From Candidatus Binatia bacterium (GTDB lineage: Bacteria > Desulfobacterota > Binatia > HRBIN30): a stretch of 64,000 nt of DNA. The stretch is from contig JBBRSP010000006.1 in assembly GCA_038245295.1 (NCBI GenBank), positions 128,001 through 192,000 on the forward strand, in the 5' to 3' direction. Of the stretch, positions 19,609 through 29,795 are shown piece by piece. Made by a program: the position numbers and the translations under genes. Numbering within the stretch: position 1 is the stretch's first letter; every line of letters begins with the position of its first letter. The notes under the pieces are model-generated. The model worked only from the letters and a program-made list of their open reading frames with translations. It had not been told where the DNA came from and searched no databases.

Positions 19609-21228
19609 ATGCGCGAGCCGAACCCGATGATTCTCGCCGACCTCATCCGCGCCAAGGCGGCCAGCCGAGCGGATTTTGCGATCCTGACCTTCGAGCACCT
19701 GAGTCTCGACAACGAAGCGACGCCGGATGAACTGCGCACCTACGCCGATCTGTCGCGCAACGCCGACCGCATCGCCGCGGCCCTCGTTGCGTTCGGCATG
19801 CGGCGTGGCGATCGCTTCGGCCTGATGATGCGCAATCACCCCGAATACGTCGAGACAATGATCGCCGCATCGATCACCGGCTGTGTCATGGTGCCGATCG
19901 ATCCGCGCACACGCGGCGACAAACTCGCCTTCCTGCTGCGCAACGCCGGCTGCCGCGGCATCGTCTGCGCCGACTATTGCCTCGACTACGTCGCCGCGGT
20001 GCGCTCGCAATGCCCGAGTCTCCAATGGACACTGGCTCTCGAGACCGGCGAAGGCGTTCCGGCAACAACCGTCGCGAACACGCCGCAGACAAATTCGTTG
20101 CGGTTGGTCCTGGCACAGCCGGCCGCGCCGATGGAAGTCCGCCTCGAGTCCGGTAGCGACCCACTGCAGATCGTCTACACCTCCGGCACCACCGGCGACC
20201 CCAAAGGCGTCGTCTTTCCGAACGAACGTTTCGGCGCCATGGCGATGCTCGGTATTCTGGCCGGCTACCAGGCCGGTGATCGCCCCTACACAGGGCTGTC
20301 GCTGACGCACGGCAACGCCCAGGCCGTCACGTTGGCACCGTCTCTAATGATGGAGCTGGGTGCCGTGTTCAGCCGCAAGTTCACCAAGTCGCGACTGTGG
20401 GACGTCTGTCGCCGCCACGGCTGCACCGTCTTTTCCCTGCTCGGCGGCATGGCGACGGCGATTTACAGCGAGCCACCGCGTCCGAACGACGCCGACAATC
20501 CGGTACGCTTCGTCACCAGCGCCGGCATGCCGGCCGGAATCTGGGAAGCCTTCGAGAAGCGTTTCGACGTGCGCGTTCTCGAATGGTACGCTGCCGTCGA
20601 AGGTGGCATGGCGATCCGACCGATCGGCGAAGGGCCAATCGGATCGTTCGGCAAACCACCGCCTGGCATGGAGATGAAGATCCTCGACGAAAACGACCAC
20701 GAGTGTGCGCCCGGCGTCATGGGCGAGATCTGCTCGCGCCCGCTCGGCGCCAAGGCGAGCGTCGAGTATTACCAGAACGAACATGCCTCGGCGGAGAAGA
20801 CCCGCGGTGGCTGGCTACGCAGCGGCGACATCGGCCATACCGACGAGAACGGCTGGCTGTTTTTCGATTTCCGCAAAGGCGGCGGCATCCGGCGCAACGG
20901 CGATTTCATCAATCCCGGCTTCGTCGAGAAGGCGATCGCCGAACATCCATCGGTGAGTGATGTGTTTGTCTACGGCGTGCCGGGCACGTCAGGCGCACCA
21001 GGAGAGAAAGATGTCGTTGCTGCGGTAGTCCCGGTGGATCGCGCCAGATTCGATGCGGCCGCGCTGCTGGCGTTTTGCCGGCAATCCCTCGAGCCCAACT
21101 TCGTGCCGGCGTATATCCAGGTCGTCGACGAGATCCCCAAGACCGCCTCGGAGAAACCACAGGAACGTTTCCTCTCGCAAGCGTTCGCACCCGACGCCGA
21201 CGGCGTCTTCAAGGATCGTGCGGCATGA
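19609..21228 (+). CDS. AMP-binding acyl-CoA ligase (CaiC-like)
   Basis: YTSGTTGDPKG, GWLRSGD and PKTASEK motifs; ATG after GAGGAG. Confidence 0.92.
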   Translation: MREPNPMILADLIRAKAASRADFAILTFEHLSLDNEATPDELRTYADLSRNADRIAAALVAFGMRRGDRFGLMMRNHPEYVETMIAASITGCVMVPIDPRTRGDKLAFLLRNAGCRGIVCADYCLDYVAAVRSQCPSLQWTLALETGEGVPATTVANTPQTNSLRLVLAQPAAPMEVRLESGSDPLQIVYTSGTTGDPKGVVFPNERFGAMAMLGILAGYQAGDRPYTGLSLTHGNAQAVTLAPSLMMELGAVFSRKFTKSRLWDVCRRHGCTVFSLLGGMATAIYSEPPRPNDADNPVRFVTSAGMPAGIWEAFEKRFDVRVLEWYAAVEGGMAIRPIGEGPIGSFGKPPPGMEMKILDENDHECAPGVMGEICSRPLGAKASVEYYQNEHASAEKTRGGWLRSGDIGHTDENGWLFFDFRKGGGIRRNGDFINPGFVEKAIAEHPSVSDVFVYGVPGTSGAPGEKDVVAAVVPVDRARFDAAALLAFCRQSLEPNFVPAYIQVVDEIPKTASEKPQERFLSQAFAPDADGVFKDRAA

Positions 21229-21971
21229 AAGCAAAACGCGGCGGATCGGCATCGACGAAGCAGAGTCAACGAGCGCCGCGCCAGGTTCGGCCTCGGCAAG
21301 CCATCGAGTCCGCGCCGCGCCCCAAGCTCTCTATTGAGGGCGACAAACCACCCACCGAGTTGCCCAAACGTGAAAGCAACGCCCTACGCAATCGCGCCGC
21401 CATCTTGTCGGCGGCACGGGCCGTGTTCGGCGAGCTCGGCTTCGGCGCGGCGACGATCCGCGACATCATTCGGCGCACGCATTTGGCGTCGGGCACCTTC
21501 TACAATTACTTCCCCGACAAAGAGTCGGTCCTGCGCGCCATCCTCGAAGATTTCACGGAGCGCGTGCGGGCCCGCGTGCACGAGACACGTATGGAAGCGC
21601 GCACCATCGAGGAGCTGCTGCGCACCTCGTTCCTCACGTGTTTCCAGCTCTACGCCGAGGAGCAGACGCTCCTTGAGATGATGGCGCGCAACGCCGGCGA
21701 GCTGACCTTGCTTGGATCGGCAGGCATCCTCGAGCCGGCGGTGGAAGAATTGGTCGCCGACCTGCGCACCAAACAGAAGGAAGGCGTCATCCCGTCGATC
21801 GATCATGAACGTCTGGCGCGCGCCGCCGTGGCGCTGACCGCCGAGCTTGGACTCCACATGCTCGACCGCAAACCGTTCGACGTCGAAGGAACCACCGAGT
21901 TCGCAACCCAGCTCATGCTCGGCGGCATCGAGCGACTCGTCGGCAAATCACTGGGCGACGACGATGCTTGA
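21225..21971 (+). CDS. TetR/AcrR family transcriptional regulator
   Basis: IL.AAR.VF...GF..ATIRDI....LASGTFYNYFPDKE HTH; ATGA overlap with the upstream gene. Confidence 0.92.
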   Translation: MKAKRGGSASTKQSQRAPRQVRPRQAIESAPRPKLSIEGDKPPTELPKRESNALRNRAAILSAARAVFGELGFGAATIRDIIRRTHLASGTFYNYFPDKESVLRAILEDFTERVRARVHETRMEARTIEELLRTSFLTCFQLYAEEQTLLEMMARNAGELTLLGSAGILEPAVEELVADLRTKQKEGVIPSIDHERLARAAVALTAELGLHMLDRKPFDVEGTTEFATQLMLGGIERLVGKSLGDDDA

Positions 21972-23004
21972 TATCCTTGCCAGCAACCACACATTCTCTG
22001 AGCCGCGCCGCGCGCCGATCCTGGAAGTCTCGACGCCGTTGATCACGGTGATCAGCGGCGGCCTCGGCGGCGCGCGTCTGGCGCTGATTCTGCAAGCCGC
22101 CGGCGTCGAGCGCGACTGCTGCTTCATCACCAACGTCGCCGACGACTGTGAAGCCGATGGCTTACTCGTCTGCCCCGATACCGATGCCGTGCTCTACGCC
22201 CTCGGCGGCATCTTCGATGAAGAACGCGGCTGGGGCATTCGCGGCGACGTCTTCCCGGCGTGCGACGCGGCGACGAACGGTTGGTTCCATGTTGGCGAGA
22301 GAGATCATGCTCACCATCGCGAGCGCGACCGCTTGCTCCTCCAGGGGCTGTCCCTCACCAGCTCCACGGCGCGCCTGGCCACTCGTCTTGGAATCACGGC
22401 GCAAGTGTTACCGGCGACCGACGACCGACTGCGCACCCATGTGCGCACGCCCCAGGGAGTGTTGGCCTGGCAAGAGTGGTTGGTGCGCGAGCACGCCGCG
22501 CCGCCGGTTGTAGCCGTCAAGTATTGCGGCGCCGCCGACGCTAGCCCTGGCCCTGGAGTGATTGCCGCCATCCGCGACGCGGCGCTGCTCATCATCGCCG
22601 CGTCCAGCCCGGTGGCATCAATCGAACCGACACTTGCCCTGCCGGGAGTGCTCTCCGCGATTCGCGCCCGTCACCGGCCAACCGTGGCGCTGAGCCCGGT
22701 GGTACGTCGCCGACCACCAACCATCGAACGCGACACGCGCCGCACCGCCGCACGGGCCGCCCTGCTGGCCAGTGCCGGTATCGAACACGATCCGGTCGCC
22801 GTCGCCCGCCACTACGCGGGCCTCATCGACGCCTACGTTCTCGATGAAGCCGACCAGGCCGACAGCGATGCGGTGTCCCAGCTCGGCATCAGACCGTTGA
22901 TCGCCCCGACAATTGACCTGCGCGATGGCCCCCGCCTCGCCGCGACACTACTCGCCCTACTGCCGCCCGCGTCGGAGGTAAGCGTCTGGCAAGGCGTAGG
23001 ATGA
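21964..23004 (+). CDS. cofD: 2-phospho-L-lactate transferase CofD/FbiA family
   Basis: SGGLGGARL, NVADD, VCPDTD.VLY.L.G, GWG..GD, WF.VG.RD and S.P..SI motifs. Confidence 0.8.
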   Translation: MLDILASNHTFSEPRRAPILEVSTPLITVISGGLGGARLALILQAAGVERDCCFITNVADDCEADGLLVCPDTDAVLYALGGIFDEERGWGIRGDVFPACDAATNGWFHVGERDHAHHRERDRLLLQGLSLTSSTARLATRLGITAQVLPATDDRLRTHVRTPQGVLAWQEWLVREHAAPPVVAVKYCGAADASPGPGVIAAIRDAALLIIAASSPVASIEPTLALPGVLSAIRARHRPTVALSPVVRRRPPTIERDTRRTAARAALLASAGIEHDPVAVARHYAGLIDAYVLDEADQADSDAVSQLGIRPLIAPTIDLRDGPRLAATLLALLPPASEVSVWQGVG

Positions 23005-23068
23005 GGGACCTTGGTCAATCAAATCCAGCATCCGCAGGCCCCGCAGGCTGATTTAGCTGGAGCGCTGC

Positions 23069-23902
23069 TCAGCAGCGGCGCGACCGCCGCAGCCCCACCA
23101 GCAGCAACGCCGCCCCAAGCACACCACTACCGACAAACGACAGGGCCGGGGCATGCTGCGCCGGGAACAACTGGAAGGCAAGATCGGCAACGTCATCGGC
23201 GTCGTCGCCGGGATCGATCACCTGCGTATCGAACGTCGTCGGATCGATGCGCACGATCTGGCGGCCATCACACTCCGTGGCAAACAGCGTCCCGTCGCTC
23301 GGCCGCACCGCCAAGCCATCCAAACAAGGAGCTGTGATGGCGACGGAATCGATCGTCGCACCGGTAAAGGGATCAATCGTCCAGAGCGTACTGCCATCGT
23401 TCTCGACTAGATAGAATGTACCGTCTGGTGCGAAGGCGATGCCACCTTTGCCTTGCCCAGGATCGCCAACCAGCGTCGCCACCGCCGTTTGCTTGTTGAT
23501 CGTGTAAATCACACCGCTGCTCGTGATGCCGAACAGGGCATTCGTCGATGGCTGGATCGCCAGGTCGACAATCCGAATGTCGCCAGGCGTGGTAACTTGA
23601 ATGACGCCCACATCCTGAAGCAACGTGCCGGTCGTCGGGCTGATCTCAATCAGACGGGTTCCGACGGTTAGGGAGACACTGCCCCACAATCGCCCATCGG
23701 TTCCGAAGGCGATGCCGCTCAAACCCTGGCCGTTGACCGCGGTCGGGTCGCCGAGCACCGTCAGAACACCGGTGGTCTGGTCGACAATACCAAACTGACC
23801 GCTCTGCTGGCCGCTGCCGCCGCCATACATATTCACAGCCAGCACCGGCACTGCCGTCATCGCCAGCACCGTCATCGTCAACCACGTCGTCCGCAGTCGC
23901 AT
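23069..23902 (-). CDS. secreted beta-propeller-like protein with C-terminal sorting-type tail
   Basis: Signal peptide; repeated L/IAF..G.L ... ID..TG blades; ends APALS-hydrophobic helix-RRSRR. Confidence 0.7.
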   Translation of the reverse strand: MRLRTTWLTMTVLAMTAVPVLAVNMYGGGSGQQSGQFGIVDQTTGVLTVLGDPTAVNGQGLSGIAFGTDGRLWGSVSLTVGTRLIEISPTTGTLLQDVGVIQVTTPGDIRIVDLAIQPSTNALFGITSSGVIYTINKQTAVATLVGDPGQGKGGIAFAPDGTFYLVENDGSTLWTIDPFTGATIDSVAITAPCLDGLAVRPSDGTLFATECDGRQIVRIDPTTFDTQVIDPGDDADDVADLAFQLFPAQHAPALSFVGSGVLGAALLLVGLRRSRRC

Positions 23903-24139
23903 AGACCCTCCCCGACCCTGAGCCTGTCTCGTCCGAATGCCCCCGAGGGACTGCAGGCTTCTACCAGCTCGCAAAACCACATGCGAGCGCAAAGGCGTCG
24001 GATCGCTACGCCCAACCCCCGACCCACCACCCCCGACCACCCCGATTGAAAGTCCGCCGTGTCAAAACTCCGCCGTTGACTCACGCCACATTTGGGTACG
24101 TATTCAGAGCTGCGCATTCGCCCGTGAAGGAGTCTGACC

Positions 24140-25240
24140 ATGTCTAGCCTGCGCCACGTCCTTTCAATGTCGTTGATTGCTGCCGCGTTTATCTTCGCGG
24201 CGCGGCCGGCGCAGGCGCACTTCATCCTGGTAACTCCCGACTCCTGGATGTCGCAAAACGGCTTTGGACTACCCGAGAAGCTCGGACCATGTGGCGACGA
24301 AGGCGGCGGAACAGCAACCGGCCTGGTCACTCCGTATCATCCCGGCGACACCGTGACGGTGACGATCAACGAGGTCATCCCGCATCCGGGCCACTATCGT
24401 GTCGCGTTATCCACCAACGACCGCAGTGAGCTACCCGGCGAGCCGCAGGTGACTCCAAGCGGCGGTGATCCGTGCGCCAGCGCCGTGATCCAGGATCCCC
24501 CCGTCTTTCCCATCCTCGCCGACAACCTGCTGCCACACTCGCAAGCGTTCTCGTCGCCGCAAACGTTTACCGTCACCTTGCCCACCAATATCACGTGCAC
24601 CCACTGCACTCTGCAGGTGCTCGAGTTCATGTCGAGTCATGGCGCGCCGTGTTTCTATCATCACTGTGCGGACATCTCGATTCAGGGAGAGCCGGTGGCA
24701 ACGCCGACCATCACGCCAACGGCAGCCCCGACCGCTACTGCCCCACCGGCCGCAGACTGCGGTGCCGTCACCGCGCCCAAGCTGAGCATCGGCAAGTTGA
24801 ACACGCCGCCCGGCGACGAGACGCTCCACGTTCAGGGAGCACTGAACCTGCCCTTCCCATTCAATCCGCCGCTCGATCCGCTCACCAACGGTGTCCGCCT
24901 GCTCGTCGACGACGCGGCAGGCTCGGTCCTCGATGTGACAATTCCTGGCGGCCCGGGTTGGACCCTGAAGCACAGCGGCACGCGCTGGGCCTATCGCAGC
25001 AAGAGTGCGACGCCGCCGGGCGGCATCTCGATGATCGTCATCCGCGACCGGTCGAACACGACACCGGGCATGGTGACGTTCGCCGTGCGCGGCAAGGCCG
25101 CTTCCGCAGCTGTCGCGGCTAGCGATCTACCGGCAACGGCCCGGCTCATCCTGACGCCGCCGCCGGGTCAACAGTGCGGCCAGGCAATGTTCGCAACCTG
25201 CGGCTTCAACGCGGCGGGCAGCCGACTCATGTGCAAGTGA
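24140..25240 (+). CDS. SCE4755-like polysaccharide monooxygenase-like secreted protein
   Basis: His immediately after the signal cleavage (AQA|HF); K.GPCG, E.IPHPGHYR, C..CTLQV and YHHCAD motifs; PT linker and C-terminal beta domain. Confidence 0.78.
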   Translation: MSSLRHVLSMSLIAAAFIFAARPAQAHFILVTPDSWMSQNGFGLPEKLGPCGDEGGGTATGLVTPYHPGDTVTVTINEVIPHPGHYRVALSTNDRSELPGEPQVTPSGGDPCASAVIQDPPVFPILADNLLPHSQAFSSPQTFTVTLPTNITCTHCTLQVLEFMSSHGAPCFYHHCADISIQGEPVATPTITPTAAPTATAPPAADCGAVTAPKLSIGKLNTPPGDETLHVQGALNLPFPFNPPLDPLTNGVRLLVDDAAGSVLDVTIPGGPGWTLKHSGTRWAYRSKSATPPGGISMIVIRDRSNTTPGMVTFAVRGKAASAAVAASDLPATARLILTPPPGQQCGQAMFATCGFNAAGSRLMCK

Positions 25241-25343
25241 GGCGGCTTGGCCCTGTGGCGCGGCTCGCTTAGGTAGGATCGAGACCGCTCGAGGATAGAC
25301 TGGCGGGGCAACCCGGGGGGCGACCAACACCAACGTGTCTCGC

Positions 25344-26630
25344 ATGGATATCGCCATCATCGGTGGGGGAGCGGCCGGAATGGTAACGGCCTGGCTCCTA
25401 GACGCCGCACACGACGTGACGGTCCTCGAGCGCGAGGCCGTACTCGGTGGCCACGTTCGTACTCTCGGCGGTAACGTGCACGCTCCGCACATTCCTGCCG
25501 GCGTGCGCCTCGACGCCGGTGTCATCGAGTTCGATCGGCGGCACTTCCCACGCTTCCATGCGCTCATGGGCGAGCTCGGTGTCGCGATGGCCGAGGTGCC
25601 GGCCACCTCGGGACTATTTCTCGCCGACGGGTCGGCCTGGCACGCGCCGGAGCGGCTCAAACGCGAGTACCGTGGCCGCTTGCGGCGCGGCCTCGAAATC
25701 ACACGGCACCTGCCGCTCGCCGTAGCCCGGCGGCGCTTCCTGGCGCGAGTGGCTGATGTTCCGGCGTCCGTGCTCATCGAGCGCTCAGTCGACGATTTTC
25801 TCGACGATGACGTCTTCGGGACCTGGCTCAAGATGTTGCTGCTGTATGCGTACTCGATTCCCTACGAGCACGTCGGACGCATCGGGGCGGCGCTCGCCAT
25901 CCCGATGCTGCGCCGTTTCGTTCATACCAGCGAGTGGACGCGCGTTGTCGGCGGTGTCTGGACCTACTTCGAGCGGATCTGCGCCAGCCTGCGTGGTCGG
26001 GTCCGCACTGGCGTCGCGGTTCAACGCGTCACGCGCAGCGCGGACGGCGTCGAACTGACCGTTGCCGGCGAGGGGCCTCGACCGTACGGAGCCGTCGTGT
26101 TTGCGACCACCCCCGAACAAGTACTGGCACTGCTCGGCGATGCGACCGAAGACGAGCGACGACGCTTCTCGGCGTGGCGTCCCAACCATGTACGCACGCT
26201 CACCCATACCGACACGGGAATCTACACCCGACGGAAGATCGCGTACCGCTCAGAATTCGATCTCTTCGTGACCACGAGCGGCGCGCACGGCTACAACGCC
26301 TATCTCAATCGTCTGTGCGGCCTCGCCGAGGACGTCCCACCGCACTACAGTCTGGCCTTGGGTATCGATGACGAGATCGCCCCCCGCCAGATCGTTCACG
26401 AGCAAGCCCACAGCACGCCGGGATACAGTCGCGAAGCCCTCCACCCGCGCGCCGAAGTGATCGCCGCCAACGGCGAGCGGCGGACGTGGTTTGCCGGCGC
26501 CTGGCTCGACGACGGCCTGCATGAAGGTGCGGTCGTCTCCGCCGAACGCGTCGCCTTGGGGCTCGGAGGTCGTGCGATTGGCTCGGGGCTCAGCTGCGCT
26601 CCGGATCCTGAGGTACCGAGTCTCCGCTGA
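25344..26630 (+). CDS. FAD-dependent oxidoreductase (amine-oxidase-like)
   Basis: IAIIGGGAAG, E....LGGH.RT and FAGAW..DGLHEGAV.S motifs. Confidence 0.85.
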   Translation: MDIAIIGGGAAGMVTAWLLDAAHDVTVLEREAVLGGHVRTLGGNVHAPHIPAGVRLDAGVIEFDRRHFPRFHALMGELGVAMAEVPATSGLFLADGSAWHAPERLKREYRGRLRRGLEITRHLPLAVARRRFLARVADVPASVLIERSVDDFLDDDVFGTWLKMLLLYAYSIPYEHVGRIGAALAIPMLRRFVHTSEWTRVVGGVWTYFERICASLRGRVRTGVAVQRVTRSADGVELTVAGEGPRPYGAVVFATTPEQVLALLGDATEDERRRFSAWRPNHVRTLTHTDTGIYTRRKIAYRSEFDLFVTTSGAHGYNAYLNRLCGLAEDVPPHYSLALGIDDEIAPRQIVHEQAHSTPGYSREALHPRAEVIAANGERRTWFAGAWLDDGLHEGAVVSAERVALGLGGRAIGSGLSCAPDPEVPSLR

Positions 26631-28173
26631 GGTGTTCGTAGAGTCGGCATCCGGTCCAGATCGTACCGGCGAAACCGGCGAAGCCGGACGACGCATTGCA
26701 GAAGTGGAACCCGGCTAGCGAGCTGCGATGGTCGAGGCGTCCAGGTCCGATGTTCGCCGGTGTCATCGCCGAGCCGTAGGAATTGCCGGCCGGGCTCAAG
26801 CAGTAGCGTTCGTTGGTGGTCGGACTGCCGGTCATCTTGAAGCAGAGGTGTTGGCGGAGGTTCGGGACGTAGCGGCGCTCCAAGACGTCGAGCATGGCGT
26901 CGAACACTTCTTGCTTCTTCTGCCTATAGGAGCTGGCATTGGCGATCTTCAGGTGGTGGAAGCGGTCGTAACCCGCGACCGTCAGGAGCTCGAGGATCTG
27001 CGTGCCGGCCGGGCAATCGCTGCCGTCGGCCGTCAGCAGCGACGGCACCGTCACCGCGAAGCTTGGCCGCGAGTAGTCGCCACGGTCGTGCATGGCCCGG
27101 AAGGCCTCGTTGAGATCTGGGTGCTCGGTATGGAACAGGTTGGATCGCCCGAAGCCGTAGTCGCGCAGATCAATACCCTCGACGGCGCAGTAAGCCATGA
27201 AGTTGGACGCCGAATACTCGTAGGAGAGCCGGCGCCGCAGCGTCGCCGAGAAGCGATCGAGGCCGATCATTTCGGCAGCGCGTCGTGGGTCCATGTTGCA
27301 GATCGTGTCAGGGGCGCGATGTTCCTCGAAACGCCCGGTCGATTCCCCGCTCTCGAGCACCTCCTCGGTACGCGCGCCGAGCACCCGTCGGTCCCGCTCC
27401 AAGAACGCCGTGACGCGGGCGCCGAGCCGCACCTCCCCACCCGCGTTCTGGATGACCCGGACGAGCGAGTCGATGACATGCTCGAAATGATGCCTCGGGT
27501 AGTAGGCGCCGCGGACGTACCCGGCGAACAGCATGACCCACGCGAAGAAGGACAGCTCCGCCGGCGGCAGCATGAAATCGGGCCATTGGAGGGCCAGTAG
27601 AGTCTGCGCTTCTGGCGGCAGCGCGAAGCGTTCGAAGACGTTCTGCAACGTCGCGTGACGGTAACGCATGAGGCGGCGGAGTCGTGGCAGCCGCGCCAGC
27701 AGCGTGATCGCGCCGCCGCGATGGGGAAGCGCGTCGAGCTCCTGCTCGGTGAGCCGTATCTCTTCGACGAAATCGGCCAGGCGTCCGGCGGCATGGGGGA
27801 AGAGGTCGCCCAGTCGGCGCGCCAGCTCCGGATAGCTGCCGGGTACGTCAAGGGACCAGCCTGGCATCCGCATGCGATCGAAGCCGTTGCGGTCGTACTC
27901 CTCGAAGGTCACGTCACGCTCGAGGCCGAGCTTGCGGAGGAAGTTGTGAACGGTGCGTCCGGGGCCGCAATTCCACACATAGTGAAACTGCGCATTGAAG
28001 CGGTACTGCCTGCCGGCGTTGCCGAACGCGAAGGTGTGCCCGTAGCCGCCGGCTTGATGATGGGCCTCGATCACGCGCACGCGTCGGCCCGCTTGGGCCA
28101 TCAGCGCGCCGCAGGCAAGGCCAGCAAGCCCGCTGCCGACAACCAGGAAATCAGGCGTGTCGTGACTCGACAT
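26590..28173 (-). CDS. phytoene desaturase/carotenoid oxidoreductase family protein
   Basis: VVGSGLAGL, E.H...GGY.HTF and SP.T.ERY...G..YG motifs. Confidence 0.85.
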   Translation of the reverse strand: MSSHDTPDFLVVGSGLAGLACGALMAQAGRRVRVIEAHHQAGGYGHTFAFGNAGRQYRFNAQFHYVWNCGPGRTVHNFLRKLGLERDVTFEEYDRNGFDRMRMPGWSLDVPGSYPELARRLGDLFPHAAGRLADFVEEIRLTEQELDALPHRGGAITLLARLPRLRRLMRYRHATLQNVFERFALPPEAQTLLALQWPDFMLPPAELSFFAWVMLFAGYVRGAYYPRHHFEHVIDSLVRVIQNAGGEVRLGARVTAFLERDRRVLGARTEEVLESGESTGRFEEHRAPDTICNMDPRRAAEMIGLDRFSATLRRRLSYEYSASNFMAYCAVEGIDLRDYGFGRSNLFHTEHPDLNEAFRAMHDRGDYSRPSFAVTVPSLLTADGSDCPAGTQILELLTVAGYDRFHHLKIANASSYRQKKQEVFDAMLDVLERRYVPNLRQHLCFKMTGSPTTNERYCLSPAGNSYGSAMTPANIGPGRLDHRSSLAGFHFCNASSGFAGFAGTIWTGCRLYEHLSGDSVPQDPERS

Positions 28174-28620
28174 CTTTATGAACCCGCGAGTCCTGCCGCG
28201 CCGGCATCGGTCGTAACGAACGCCACGCGCATGACCCGGCGCCAGGGCAGCGGGGGTGGGAGGGGTAGTGCGGTAGGTTTGGATTCATGATGTTGGCATA
28301 AGAGCCCGATTTCTTCGTAAGGCGCATAACCTGAACGTATCAGACGATCTTGCAAAGCTCGAATGATCGGCGGTCGACGCGTATACGAGTTGGATAAAGT
28401 CTCCGTCAATCGCTTCTCGGCGGCGTGGCGGCTCAGCGAGCCCGTGGCCGCCGCTGGCCCGCGTCCCCCCCCCCCGCATTGACTGCCCGGTCGGCAAGAG
28501 TGTACCGCCGTCCCCTGAACGGACGTGGAGGTCCGAGCCGGTGGCGAACCACTTGGTCCAACCGGTCGATTCGATATCGGTACACAGCGCCGCGGTGTCG
28601 GCGCCGAACAAGGAGGCACG

Positions 28621-29775
28621 ATGCGCATAGGCATCCTCACCGGTGGCGGCGACGTCCCCGGCCTGAACCCGTGCATCAAAGCGGTCGTCAACCGCGCCGC
28701 CGAGAGCGGCTGGGAGGTCGTCGGCATACGCAAGGGTTGGGCCGGCCTTTTGCACTACAACCCGGACCATCCCGGCTCCGCCGACGAGTGGCTGATGCCG
28801 CTCGACCCGGCCGTAGTGCGGACCATCGACCGCTCGGGCGGGACACACCTGCACACATCGCGCACGAACCCGCAGAAGGTGAGCGAGGCCGATCTGCCGG
28901 TCTTCTTGAAGGATCGCTATTCGTTCCGGGACAAGAGCCGTGTCGACTGCACCGATCACACCCTGCGCGTCATCGAGAGCCTCGGGATCGACGCGCTCGT
29001 ACCCATCGGCGGCGACGATACGCTGTCGTTTGCCGTGCGCCTGCATCAGGAAGGCGTCCGCGTCGTCGGCGTACCCAAGACCATGGACAACGATGTCTTC
29101 GGCACCGACTACTGCATCGGTTTCAGCACCGCGGTCACCCGCAGTGTCGATTTCCTGCACGCGCTACGCACGCCGTCGGGAAGCCATGAACGCATCGCCG
29201 TGGTCGAGCTGTTCGGCCGCAACAGCGGCGAGACGGCGCTCATCTCGGCCTATCTCGCCGACGTGGACCGTGCCCTCATCAGCGAGGTGGCCTTCGACAT
29301 CGAGAAGCTGGCCAAGCTGGTCCTCGAGGATCGCGCCCGCAACCCAAGCAACTACGCCATTGTCGTGGTATCCGAGGGCGCCACGATGATCGGCGGCCAG
29401 ACCATCGAGTACGGCCAAGAGGATGCCTACGGTCACAAAAAGCTCGGCGGCATCGGGCAGGTCGTGGGCGCCGCACTGAAGCAGATCACGAACGTCGACA
29501 TCGTCAACCAGCAGCTGGCGTACCTCATGCGAGCCGGGGCCCCGGATTCGCTCGACCGGATGGTGGCCACGTCCTATGGCAACCTCGCTGTCCAACAGCT
29601 GGAGCGTGGGCATGCCGGGGTAATGGTGGCCCTGCAGAACGGCGTGTATACGACCGTGCCGGTCGACACATGCATCTCGGGCACCAAGCGGGTCGATGTC
29701 GCCGAACTCTATAATGCCGAAGAGTACAAGCCGCGCGTGTCGCATCTGCTCGGCAAGCCTATGTTCCTTTACTAG
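28621..29775 (+). CDS. pfkA: 6-phosphofructokinase
   Basis: [33 protein letters not shown] and VELFGR motifs; RBS AAGGAGG. Confidence 0.93.
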   Translation: MRIGILTGGGDVPGLNPCIKAVVNRAAESGWEVVGIRKGWAGLLHYNPDHPGSADEWLMPLDPAVVRTIDRSGGTHLHTSRTNPQKVSEADLPVFLKDRYSFRDKSRVDCTDHTLRVIESLGIDALVPIGGDDTLSFAVRLHQEGVRVVGVPKTMDNDVFGTDYCIGFSTAVTRSVDFLHALRTPSGSHERIAVVELFGRNSGETALISAYLADVDRALISEVAFDIEKLAKLVLEDRARNPSNYAIVVVSEGATMIGGQTIEYGQEDAYGHKKLGGIGQVVGAALKQITNVDIVNQQLAYLMRAGAPDSLDRMVATSYGNLAVQQLERGHAGVMVALQNGVYTTVPVDTCISGTKRVDVAELYNAEEYKPRVSHLLGKPMFLY

Positions 29776-29795
29776 GACGGGTGTGGGTGCACGCG

